Assembly (NCBI GenBank): GCA_041736465.1
Contig: JBGSTO010000706.1
Location: forward strand, 6,588 to 70,587
Origin: Anaerolineales bacterium
GTDB taxonomy: Bacteria; Chloroflexota; Anaerolineae; Anaerolineales; UBA4823
DNA length: 64,000 bases
Reading direction: 5' to 3'
The notes beneath the pieces are model-generated. The model searched no databases. It had not been told where the DNA came from and saw only the letters and a program-made list of their open reading frames with translations. The position numbers were made by a program, and so were the translations under genes. Every line of letters begins with the position of its first letter. The first letter of the stretch is position 1. Positions 8,217-15,403 of the stretch are shown one piece after another.

Positions 8217-9320
8217 ATGCCGTATATCTATCCGTTTACTGCAATTGTTGCGCAGGAGCGCATGAAACGCGCCCTGGTACTGAATGCCGTTGATCCACGC
8301 ATCGGCGGAGTTCTGATCCGCGGCGAGCGGGGTACCGCCAAATCTACGGCAGCCAGAGCCTTAGCGGCATTGCTGCCGAAAGTTGCCCTGGTAGCAGACT
8401 GCCGTTTCGGTTGTGACCCAGATCGCCCGACCACCTGGTGCACTGAATGCCGTGAGAGAGCTGAGCGCGGCCAGATGCTGCCGGTAGAACTGCGCACAAC
8501 GCCTTTCGTCAATTTACCCGTTTCGGCAACCGAAGACCGCGTGGTAGGCACCCTCGACATCGAAAAGGCTATCCAAAAAGGCGAGCGCCACTTCGAACCC
8601 GGCGTACTGGCAGCCGCCAATCGTGGGCTGCTGTATATCGATGAGGTCAACCTTTTGGATGACCATGTCGTTGATCTTCTGCTTGACTCTGCAGCCATGG
8701 GCATGAACATCGTCGAGCGGGAAGGCATCTCTTTCTCACACCCGGCGCGCTTCATCCTGGTCGGGACGATGAATCCCGAAGAAGGCGATCTGCGCCCGCA
8801 GCTGCTGGACCGGTTTGCGCTCTCGGTGGAAATTCACGGCATTCGCGATGCCCGTGAACGCGTACTCATCATGGAGCGAAACCTGGCCTTCGAAAGCAGC
8901 CCTGAAGATTTCCGCAAACAGTGGCTGCACTCTGAAGATGATCTGTCCCAACAGATTGACCAAGCGCGCCTGCTGGTGGATCAGGTTACCTACAGCCGCC
9001 GCGACCTGCTCTCCATTGCAGCGCTGAGCGCTTCGCTGAATGTTGATGGACATCGCGCCGACCTCGTTATCCTCAAGACGGCTCGCGCTCACGCAGCTTT
9101 CGAAGGGCGCAAAGCCATCACCGATCGTGATATCGCCCTGGCTGCCGAACTGGCGCTGCCCCACCGCATCAAGCGCGGCCCCTTCCACCAGGCTGAGATC
9201 AGCATGGAAGACCTGCAGGAGCGCATCGAGCAGCTCCAGGGGCAGACCTTTTCTTCCGGCGAACCTGAACCGGTCCCGGATGAGAACCCTCAGCAAAACC
9301 CCGAAAAAAAAAAGGGGTGA
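8217..9320 (+). CDS. Magnesium-chelatase subunit I (ChlI/BchI)-like AAA+ ATPase
   Basis: YPFTAIVAQERMKRALVLNAVDPRIGGVLIRGERGTAKST (Walker A), LYIDEVNLLDDHVVDLLLD (Walker B), GTMNPEEGDLRPQLLDRF. It is collinear with BchI as I remember it. There is a Cys-rich insert CRFGCDPDRPTTWCTEC. The C-terminal tail is Pro/Glu-rich and ends EKKKG. Confidence 0.85.
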   Translation: MPYIYPFTAIVAQERMKRALVLNAVDPRIGGVLIRGERGTAKSTAARALAALLPKVALVADCRFGCDPDRPTTWCTECRERAERGQMLPVELRTTPFVNLPVSATEDRVVGTLDIEKAIQKGERHFEPGVLAAANRGLLYIDEVNLLDDHVVDLLLDSAAMGMNIVEREGISFSHPARFILVGTMNPEEGDLRPQLLDRFALSVEIHGIRDARERVLIMERNLAFESSPEDFRKQWLHSEDDLSQQIDQARLLVDQVTYSRRDLLSIAALSASLNVDGHRADLVILKTARAHAAFEGRKAITDRDIALAAELALPHRIKRGPFHQAEISMEDLQERIEQLQGQTFSSGEPEPVPDENPQQNPEKKKG

Positions 9321-9348
9321 GTCCGGAGATTTTACCGGAAGAGGACTC
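9304..9348 (+). other. A10 homopolymer containing the heptamer A_AAA_AAG, followed by a small hairpin, at the ChlI-like/vWA gene junction
   Basis: Positions 9304-9313 are ten A residues followed by GGGG. In the ChlI frame the codons are GAA AAA AAA AAG GGG TGA. GAGTCC (9319-9324) can pair with GGACTC (9343-9348), or alternatively TCCGG (9322-9326) with CCGGA (9335-9339). Confidence 0.9.
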
Positions 9349-10267
9349 TAACCGACATCCCGCCGAGCCTGCGCCGCAGCAAGTCTTCGACACAGGCAGG
9401 GCAAACTGGTGGGAAGGCGGCGAAAAGGTTAAGATCGGGCAGTCTTTCATCCCCCGAAAAATCGAAAACCCTCTCGACCGGACGAGCCGCCGCCAGAGCG
9501 GTCGCCGGTCGCGCACCCGTACGGATCGAAAACGCGGCCGCTACATTCAAGCGCGCCCTTCTCCTGGCAAACCATACGACCTGGCTTTCGATGCCACCCT
9601 GCGCGCCGCTGCCCCATTTCAACGACAGCGCAGCGAACTGCGCAAACGTGTGGCTTTTGCGGTGCGCTCGTCCGATTACCAGCGCAAGATTCGCATCAAG
9701 AAAGCTTCTAACCTGGTTTTGTTCGTGGTGGATGCCTCCTGGTCGATGGCAGTGGCTGAGCGCATGGCAGCTACCAAGGGCGCGATCCTGTCGCTGCTCA
9801 CCGATGCATACCAACGCCGCGACCGGGTAGGACTGGTTGTTTTCCAGAAAGATCGCGCCACACTGGTGCTGCCGCCTACCAACTCGGTGCACCTGGCGCA
9901 GCGCTCCCTGGCAGACATCCCGGTTGGCGGTAAGACGCCGCTCTCCGCAGGCCTGATCATGGCGCACGAAGTCATCCGTAAAGAACGCATCGTGCATCCG
10001 GACATCAATCCATTGATCATACTGCTGACCGATGGCGCCGGGAATGTATCGCTTACCAGCCTGCCGCCGCAGGAAGAAGCTCACCGTATCGCCGCTCAAG
10101 TTGCCGAGGATGAAATCCGCAGCGTGGTGATCAATATGGAACACGCCGCTTTTGACCAGGGATTGGCTCAATCTCTGGCTGAGCAGCTCCAGGCGCCCTG
10201 CTATACGCTCAACGAACTAAAGGCTGAAGCCCTGTATCAAAAGGTGCGCGCAGAGATGGCTGCGTAG
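9317..10267 (+). CDS. von Willebrand factor A (vWA) domain protein resembling the C-terminal half of ChlD/BchD
   Basis: GTG 9317 overlaps stop TGA 9318-9320 (GTGA). An acidic/Pro-rich and then basic N-terminal linker precedes the vWA domain. The MIDAS-like motif is VLFVVDASWSM. Other vWA-type segments are GGKTPLSAGL and IILLTDGAGNV. Confidence 0.8.
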   Translation: MSPEILPEEDSNRHPAEPAPQQVFDTGRANWWEGGEKVKIGQSFIPRKIENPLDRTSRRQSGRRSRTRTDRKRGRYIQARPSPGKPYDLAFDATLRAAAPFQRQRSELRKRVAFAVRSSDYQRKIRIKKASNLVLFVVDASWSMAVAERMAATKGAILSLLTDAYQRRDRVGLVVFQKDRATLVLPPTNSVHLAQRSLADIPVGGKTPLSAGLIMAHEVIRKERIVHPDINPLIILLTDGAGNVSLTSLPPQEEAHRIAAQVAEDEIRSVVINMEHAAFDQGLAQSLAEQLQAPCYTLNELKAEALYQKVRAEMAA

Positions 10268-10276
10268 GCGAAACAC

Positions 10277-11881
10277 GTGTCTCATCCTGCTCCCCAAGAC
10301 AGATCGCTTTTGCTGTCCGTCAATGCCGGAATACAGCTGCGCAGATGGATTTTTATCCTGATGCTGAGCTTCGGGCTGGCTGCCTGCCAGGGCACGCTCG
10401 AACCTGCCTCTGGTGTGCAAACGCCCCCTCCTTCTACGACTGCTGCCTCCTTACCCGAAAAAACTCCGACTACGGAACCTGGCTCGTCGCCCACAATGAG
10501 CCCAACGGCATCTATTGATGCTTCCCCCTCCGGGTTAGAGACTGCAACGCCGCCGGCAGATGCGTTCCCCGGCATTCAGGGGCCGAGTGCGCAGTACACG
10601 CTGACCGCAGTTCTGAATTACTCCGCTCATTACATTACCGTCGACCAGCAAATCGCCTATACCAATCGATCCAGCGATGTGCTGACAGACCTGCGCTTGA
10701 TGGTCGAGCCGGCTTATTACCCGGGATCATTTCGCCTCAATGGCATCACCGTTCGGTCCGGACCGCAAATTGGAGAACCGGTCTGGGATACTGGTCAAAT
10801 CTCGCTGTCGCTGCTATCTCCATTGTCGCCAGGTGAAAGTATAACGCTGGCATTGTCGTATGAAATCAACCTGCCGAAGCCGTCGCCATCCGAAGAAACG
10901 CGCCCGGTCCCATTCGGATACACCGAACGCCAGACCAACCTGGTCGACTGGTACCCATTCATCCCTCCGTACCGGGATGGAAGCGGCTGGTTGGCCAACA
11001 AAGCCTATTTTTTTGGCGAGCACCTGGCATATGAAGCCGCGAATTTCACCGTCAATCTACGCATATCGGATGAGAATTCTTTCCACGTCGTCGCTGCCAG
11101 TTCCCAGGCGCAAGTAGACGGCGAGTGGCGAAGATATCAGATCAACGATGCGCGTGGCTTTGCTTTTTCGGTGAGCACGCAGTACCAGGTAGAAAGCCTG
11201 CAAGTAGGAGCCGTTCAGGTCACCAGCTATACCTTTCCCTTTAATCCAACTGCCGGGGAAGCCGTTTTGGATACCACAGCCAAAGCGGTGGCTTTGTACA
11301 GCGAGCTTTTTGGCCCTTACCCGCATGACACTCTGGCGGTGGTCGAAGCAAACTTCCTGGATGGGATGGAATACGACGGGCTGTACTTTCTGAGTAATGG
11401 CTTCTACAATCTCTACCAGGGCACGCCGGCAGAATACCTGATCGCCATCGCTGCGCACGAGACCGCTCACCAGTGGTTTTACGGGCTGGTGGGCAACGAT
11501 CAGGGAAATGAACCCTGGTTGGATGAGGCCTTATGCACCTACAGCGAACGCCTGTTTTTTGAGCGCTACTACCCGGAAGCCCTGGACTGGTGGTGGACTT
11601 ACCGCATAAACTACTACCAACCGCGCGGCAGCGTGGATGGTAGCATCTATAATCCGGGGGGGTACCGGTCTTACCGGGATGCAGTCTATCTCAATGGGGC
11701 TGTCTTCATGGAAGAGCTGCGGAAGACCATTGGCGAGCAGGCATTCCGTTCTTTTTTACGCGACTACGTAGATCAGAATCGAAATAAGATTGCTACCGGT
11801 GAAGATTTTTTTGACCTGTTGAAGCAGTACACAACGGTAGACCTGAGCGAGATCAAAGCGCGCTTCTTTTCAGCGCCTTAA
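10277..11881 (+). CDS. Lipoprotein M1-family (gluzincin) zinc metallopeptidase
   Basis: The lipobox is FILMLSFGLAACQG, followed by a Pro/Thr/Ser-rich linker. HETAH plus 18 residues plus E (HETAHQWFYGLVGNDQGNEPWLDEAL) equals the M1 HEXXH-X18-E signature. The gene starts 10 nt after the vWA stop. The start codon (GTG 10277) is uncertain. Confidence 0.8.
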   Translation: MSHPAPQDRSLLLSVNAGIQLRRWIFILMLSFGLAACQGTLEPASGVQTPPPSTTAASLPEKTPTTEPGSSPTMSPTASIDASPSGLETATPPADAFPGIQGPSAQYTLTAVLNYSAHYITVDQQIAYTNRSSDVLTDLRLMVEPAYYPGSFRLNGITVRSGPQIGEPVWDTGQISLSLLSPLSPGESITLALSYEINLPKPSPSEETRPVPFGYTERQTNLVDWYPFIPPYRDGSGWLANKAYFFGEHLAYEAANFTVNLRISDENSFHVVAASSQAQVDGEWRRYQINDARGFAFSVSTQYQVESLQVGAVQVTSYTFPFNPTAGEAVLDTTAKAVALYSELFGPYPHDTLAVVEANFLDGMEYDGLYFLSNGFYNLYQGTPAEYLIAIAAHETAHQWFYGLVGNDQGNEPWLDEALCTYSERLFFERYYPEALDWWWTYRINYYQPRGSVDGSIYNPGGYRSYRDAVYLNGAVFMEELRKTIGEQAFRSFLRDYVDQNRNKIATGEDFFDLLKQYTTVDLSEIKARFFSAP

Positions 11882-11955
11882 GGGCTGCACTTAATGATGG
11901 TTTATTTAACTCATTGATATTTAAAGAGTTAATATATCGTAGTATTCGTAGGGGG

Positions 11956-12253
11956 TGTGGATATGTGGAGAACCTTGTTTTCAGTCAAATTCACCCTCAG
12001 TGATATGGGAAGCAGCAGCAGTACACCCCACATTTACGGTTAAGGAGGTGTGTTTTTATCCCCAGGCGGAACGGGATGAAACGCGAGAAAGATTGGTGAG
12101 AATCGCCATCCCACACAGGAGCGCGGCTATATCGGGGAAGGGAAAAAAGACCCCCCATATATGGGGGTGGGCGGGCAGGTCATTTTTAGCACAAAATAGC
12201 CAGTTTTCCCCAGATTAGAGGATTTATCCACAGTTTTTCGCGAGTTATCCACA
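11956..12253. promoter_or_regulatory. Cluster of DnaA-box motifs in a 550-bp non-coding region
   Basis: There are two perfect TTATCCACA boxes, at 12224-12232 and 12245-12253, in direct orientation and 21 bp apart. There are three one-mismatch boxes: TGTGGATAT 11956-11964, TGTGGAGAA 11964-11972 (both on the opposite strand) and TTATCCCCA 12056-12064. Confidence 0.6.
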
Positions 12254-12357
12254 TCTGGCGGTGTGCGGGGGGACTTTCGGGTGTTTTTCTTAACCCTATA
12301 TATGGGGGTATCCTTGTCACATATAGATCGCCTATCGATAGTGTATGTGTTCAATTC

Positions 12358-12386
12358 TTGACGAGATTATTTTTCCGGTTTATGAT
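12358..12386 (+). promoter_or_regulatory. Sigma-70-type promoter for the ArsR-like gene
   Basis: TTGACG (12358-12363), a 17-nt spacer, then TATGAT (12381-12386), about 45 nt upstream of ATG 12432. Confidence 0.5.
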
Positions 12387-12417
12387 TAGATAATTGTCTA
12401 ATTAGATATATATCTAA
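12386..12417 (+). promoter_or_regulatory. Two abutting 16-bp palindromes (candidate ArsR-type operators)
   Basis: TTAGATAATTGTCTAA (12386-12401, arms TTAGA/TCTAA) is immediately followed by TTAGATATATATCTAA (12402-12417, a perfect palindrome). Both lie between the -10 and the start codon. Confidence 0.45.
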
Positions 12418-12431
12418 CCGATCGAGGTCGC

Positions 12432-13502
12432 ATGCGAGACGTAGAGATAAAGAAAACCTGGGATACAGGCAGCGCATATGATTTCTTTGCCAGCTTGCTC
12501 GTGCTGCATGACCCTGGCTTATTCGGCCTGCGCGCCTCGTGGGCTGCTGGCGTCCGGTCGCGTTTGCAGCTGGATGAGCGCCAGTTACTGGACGATTTGA
12601 TTCCAACGATCGGAGTACCGATAGCGTGGATTCTGTCGCTCCCAAATTCGCGCGACGCTTCTGCTGCTCTTTCGGCGTTGCAGCAAATCTCACCTTCGGA
12701 ACGCATGTTCAAACTCAGCAATCTTCTTCGCCTGGATAGCCGGCTAACCCAGCGGTTAAACGCCATAGCAGCGGCAGGAAAGTGGCAGGCAGAAGACCTG
12801 GATGCCCTGAAAGACGCCTTTGGCACGCATAAGGCGCCTAAAGAACGGTATCTAAAAACCTATTTGCAAGCCTGCGTGCACCCAGAAATCACCGGCGAAC
12901 GCCTGCTTGGCGCTTTGCAGTCTTACTATCAAAATTTCTTTACGGAAGAGGAAAGACATCTTCTGCCGCTTCTGGAACAAGGGCTGGCGCAGGCGCAGTC
13001 AAAAGCCGAGCAGATGAACGTTCAAGATTTGATGGTTGACCTATCCCAGGGCGTTCACCCGGCGCTGCCCGCAAAGGTATCCACCGTGATCTTCATCCCC
13101 TCGGTCTGGATCACGCCCTACGTCATCATTCACGAATTCCCGGACAGCCGCCTGGGGTTCCTGTTTGGAGCACGCCCCGACCATGTCTCCCTGGTACCGG
13201 GTGATGCAATCCCGGATGCTACACTGCGGGTGCTTAAAGCTCTGGCGGATCCGACGCGGCTAAGGATGCTGCGCTACCTGGGGGAGCAGTCTTTCACGGT
13301 AGCGGAGCTGTCGCGAAAACTGCGCCTGCGCCCACCGACCGTTGTTCACCATTTCAACATTCTGCGCCTGGCTGGTTTGGTGCACATTGCTTTGCAAGAG
13401 AGCAGTGAGCGGCGCTACAGCCTGCGCCGCGAAGGGATCCCCGTGGCATTCGAAAGCCTGGAGCAGTTCCTGCAGCCAGGAGAACCCGGGAAAGGGACTT
13501 AA
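12432..13502 (+). CDS. ArsR-family winged-helix regulator with a long N-terminal domain of unknown function
   Basis: The C-terminal LKALADPTRLRMLRYLGEQSFTVAELSRKLRLRPPTVVHHFNILRLAGLV is a typical ArsR/SmtB HTH. The preceding ~260 aa have no motif I recognise. Confidence 0.8.
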   Translation: MRDVEIKKTWDTGSAYDFFASLLVLHDPGLFGLRASWAAGVRSRLQLDERQLLDDLIPTIGVPIAWILSLPNSRDASAALSALQQISPSERMFKLSNLLRLDSRLTQRLNAIAAAGKWQAEDLDALKDAFGTHKAPKERYLKTYLQACVHPEITGERLLGALQSYYQNFFTEEERHLLPLLEQGLAQAQSKAEQMNVQDLMVDLSQGVHPALPAKVSTVIFIPSVWITPYVIIHEFPDSRLGFLFGARPDHVSLVPGDAIPDATLRVLKALADPTRLRMLRYLGEQSFTVAELSRKLRLRPPTVVHHFNILRLAGLVHIALQESSERRYSLRREGIPVAFESLEQFLQPGEPGKGT

Positions 13503-13507
13503 CTACT

Positions 13508-14794
13508 ATGGCTTTTTCTGTGCTGGAATCTACGCAGCGGGTGGCCTGCAATTATGCTGCCCAGGTGCGTGCATTTAAGCCCAACGCCCGGCTCTACCTG
13601 GTCAATGTAATCATTGCAGGGGCAGCCATGGGTGTCTTCCGCTTATTGTTTAATTTTTATGTCCTCAGCCTGGGTTTTGATCAGGCACTGCTGGGTAATC
13701 TGATTACCGCAAGCAGCCTGACGGCGCTGCTAGCGGCCTTACCCATGGGCTACCTGGCAGATGTCATCGGGCGCAAGCGATCCCTGCTGATTTCGGCCGG
13801 GCTGGTCAGCGCGTCTATCCTGGCAATGGTTATCTGGCCCTTCGCCTGGATGTTCCTGGCGATGAATGTTGTATCCGGCCTGGCGCAGAGCCTGGCTGCC
13901 GTATCCATGGCGCCATTCTTGATGGAAAACAGCGACGAGCGCGAGCGCACCTACCTGTTCAGCTTCAGCTCGGGACTGCAAATGGCAATGGCATCCCTGG
14001 GCAACTGGGTGGGCGGGTACCTGCCCGGATGGGCTGCCGCGGCGAAGAATGTCTCCCCCACCAGCAGCGGTGCGTATGCTGGCGCTTTATGGGTCATCGC
14101 CGTGGTGTACATCGCCAGCATGCTGCCGCTCGTGTTTTTGCGCTCCTCCGACCGGCGAGGCGCCGACAGCTCGATCTTTGCTCCATTGAGCTATGCCAGG
14201 AATCAACCCGTCCTGCTTGGCAAGCTCATTTTGCCGATGCTGGTGACATCGATCGGCGCCGGGTTGATCATGCCCTTTATGAACGTTTTTTTTCGTGTGG
14301 TATATCACCAACCGGACCCTGTCATCGGCGGTTTGTTCGCCTGGGGATCGCTGGCGATGGGGTTGGGGCTGTTGGCTGCCCCTCCACTGGCGGAGAGAAT
14401 GGGCAAGATCCAGCTGGTGGTGATCACCCAGGGGTTATCCATTCCGTTTCTCATCCTGTTGGGTTTTGCCCCCTGGTTTTGGGTTAGCGCTGCGGCATAT
14501 TATATCCGGGTGGCATTGATGAATATGAGCGGGCCGGTTTACCAGACTTTTGTGATGGAGCATGTCGAGCCGGAGTCGCGCGCGATGGTTGCCAGCCTGG
14601 TGAGCATGGCGTGGAACTTCGGCTGGGCCTTCACCCCAACCATCAGCGGCTGGATGCAGGTGCAGTATGGTTTCGGGCTGCCATTCTTGGGCACGATTAT
14701 CCTGTATATTATCTCCGTCGGACTGTACTGGGGCTTCTTCTGGCGCAAGCGCAAACAACCCCTGGCGGCTGTAATGCCCGGTGTTGGGGTCTAA
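13508..14794 (+). CDS. MFS transporter
   Basis: 428 aa with about 12 hydrophobic helices. The MFS loop motif is GYLADVIGRKRSL. It lies 5 nt downstream of the ArsR-like gene. Confidence 0.85.
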   Translation: MAFSVLESTQRVACNYAAQVRAFKPNARLYLVNVIIAGAAMGVFRLLFNFYVLSLGFDQALLGNLITASSLTALLAALPMGYLADVIGRKRSLLISAGLVSASILAMVIWPFAWMFLAMNVVSGLAQSLAAVSMAPFLMENSDERERTYLFSFSSGLQMAMASLGNWVGGYLPGWAAAAKNVSPTSSGAYAGALWVIAVVYIASMLPLVFLRSSDRRGADSSIFAPLSYARNQPVLLGKLILPMLVTSIGAGLIMPFMNVFFRVVYHQPDPVIGGLFAWGSLAMGLGLLAAPPLAERMGKIQLVVITQGLSIPFLILLGFAPWFWVSAAAYYIRVALMNMSGPVYQTFVMEHVEPESRAMVASLVSMAWNFGWAFTPTISGWMQVQYGFGLPFLGTIILYIISVGLYWGFFWRKRKQPLAAVMPGVGV

Positions 14795-14825
14795 AAAGCA
14801 AATCTCAATTTCCCCTCCTTGATTG

Positions 14826-14863
14826 GTGCGCCTATCCCGATGGAAACACAGGGATAGGCGCAC
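14826..14863 (+). terminator. Strong 13-bp hairpin downstream of the MFS gene
   Basis: GTGCGCCTATCCC (14826-14838) pairs perfectly with GGGATAGGCGCAC (14851-14863). Only a weak T tail follows (GCATTTG). Confidence 0.45.
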
Positions 14864-14945
14864 GCATTTGTGCAACCATTGATGCGTTTGTGCATCTAAT
14901 AGCTTGTATTAGCAATCAATACCATCGTTCGGAGGTAATTTACCC

Positions 14946-15347
14946 ATGGATATGATCATCGATTTCCCCGGCGGAGCACGCGTAGATGCGCATTTCGGCC
15001 CGTTCACCGTCCAAACAGACCAGCCGCCAGCGGCGACCGCCCCAACGCCATTTGCCACGTTTTTGGCTTCCATCGGCACCTGCGCCGGCATCTACGTGCT
15101 CGGTTTCTGCCAGCAGCGCGGCCTGCCAGCGGAGGGCATTCGCATCGTCCAGCGCATGCACAGCAATATGCTCACCGGAATGATCGGCAAGATAGAGTTG
15201 GAAATCCAGGCGCCCGCAACCTTTCCTGAAAAGTACCTGCCGGCGCTGATTCGTGCGGCTGAATTGTGCGCAGTGAAGAAGCACTTCGAGCAGCCGCCGC
15301 AGTTTGAAATCACCACTCAGGTGATGGACAAGATCGCTGTACGCTAA
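14946..15347 (+). CDS. OsmC/Ohr-family protein
   Basis: 133 aa. The paired Cys contexts (ASIGTCAGIY and AAELCAVKKH) and the size are typical of the OsmC family. GGAGG lies upstream. Confidence 0.75.
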   Translation: MDMIIDFPGGARVDAHFGPFTVQTDQPPAATAPTPFATFLASIGTCAGIYVLGFCQQRGLPAEGIRIVQRMHSNMLTGMIGKIELEIQAPATFPEKYLPALIRAAELCAVKKHFEQPPQFEITTQVMDKIAVR

Positions 15348-15370
15348 AAATCGCGGTTCGTTAAAACAAA

Positions 15371-15396
15371 AGAGGCTGGTGCAAATGCCAGCCTCT
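15371..15396. terminator. Bidirectional hairpin terminator
   Basis: AGAGGCTGG (15371-15379) pairs with CCAGCCTCT (15388-15396). It is flanked by an A-run and a T-run, between convergent OsmC (+) and glgC (-). Confidence 0.65.
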
Positions 15397-15403
15397 TTCA
15401 GGT

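Noticed and set aside
8217-10267. Reading the ChlI/ChlD-like genes as evidence of (bacterio)chlorophyll synthesis or phototrophy
   Set aside because: No ChlH/BchH, and no other pigment or reaction-centre gene, lies within 64 kb. ChlI/ChlD-like pairs are widespread in non-phototrophs, for example with CobN.
11955-12354. Small ORFs 11955..12218 (+) and 12127..12354 (-) in the DnaA-box region
   Set aside because: They have no RBS and an odd composition. They are built around the palindromic CCCCCATATATGGGGG elements (read as PIYGG / HIWGW). The region is better explained as non-coding regulatory DNA.
12358-12420. Reading the AT-rich stretch next to the DnaA boxes as a DNA-unwinding element
   Set aside because: The stretch resolves neatly into a -35/-10 promoter and two 16-bp palindromic operators for the ArsR-like gene. 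It is therefore not independent support for an origin.
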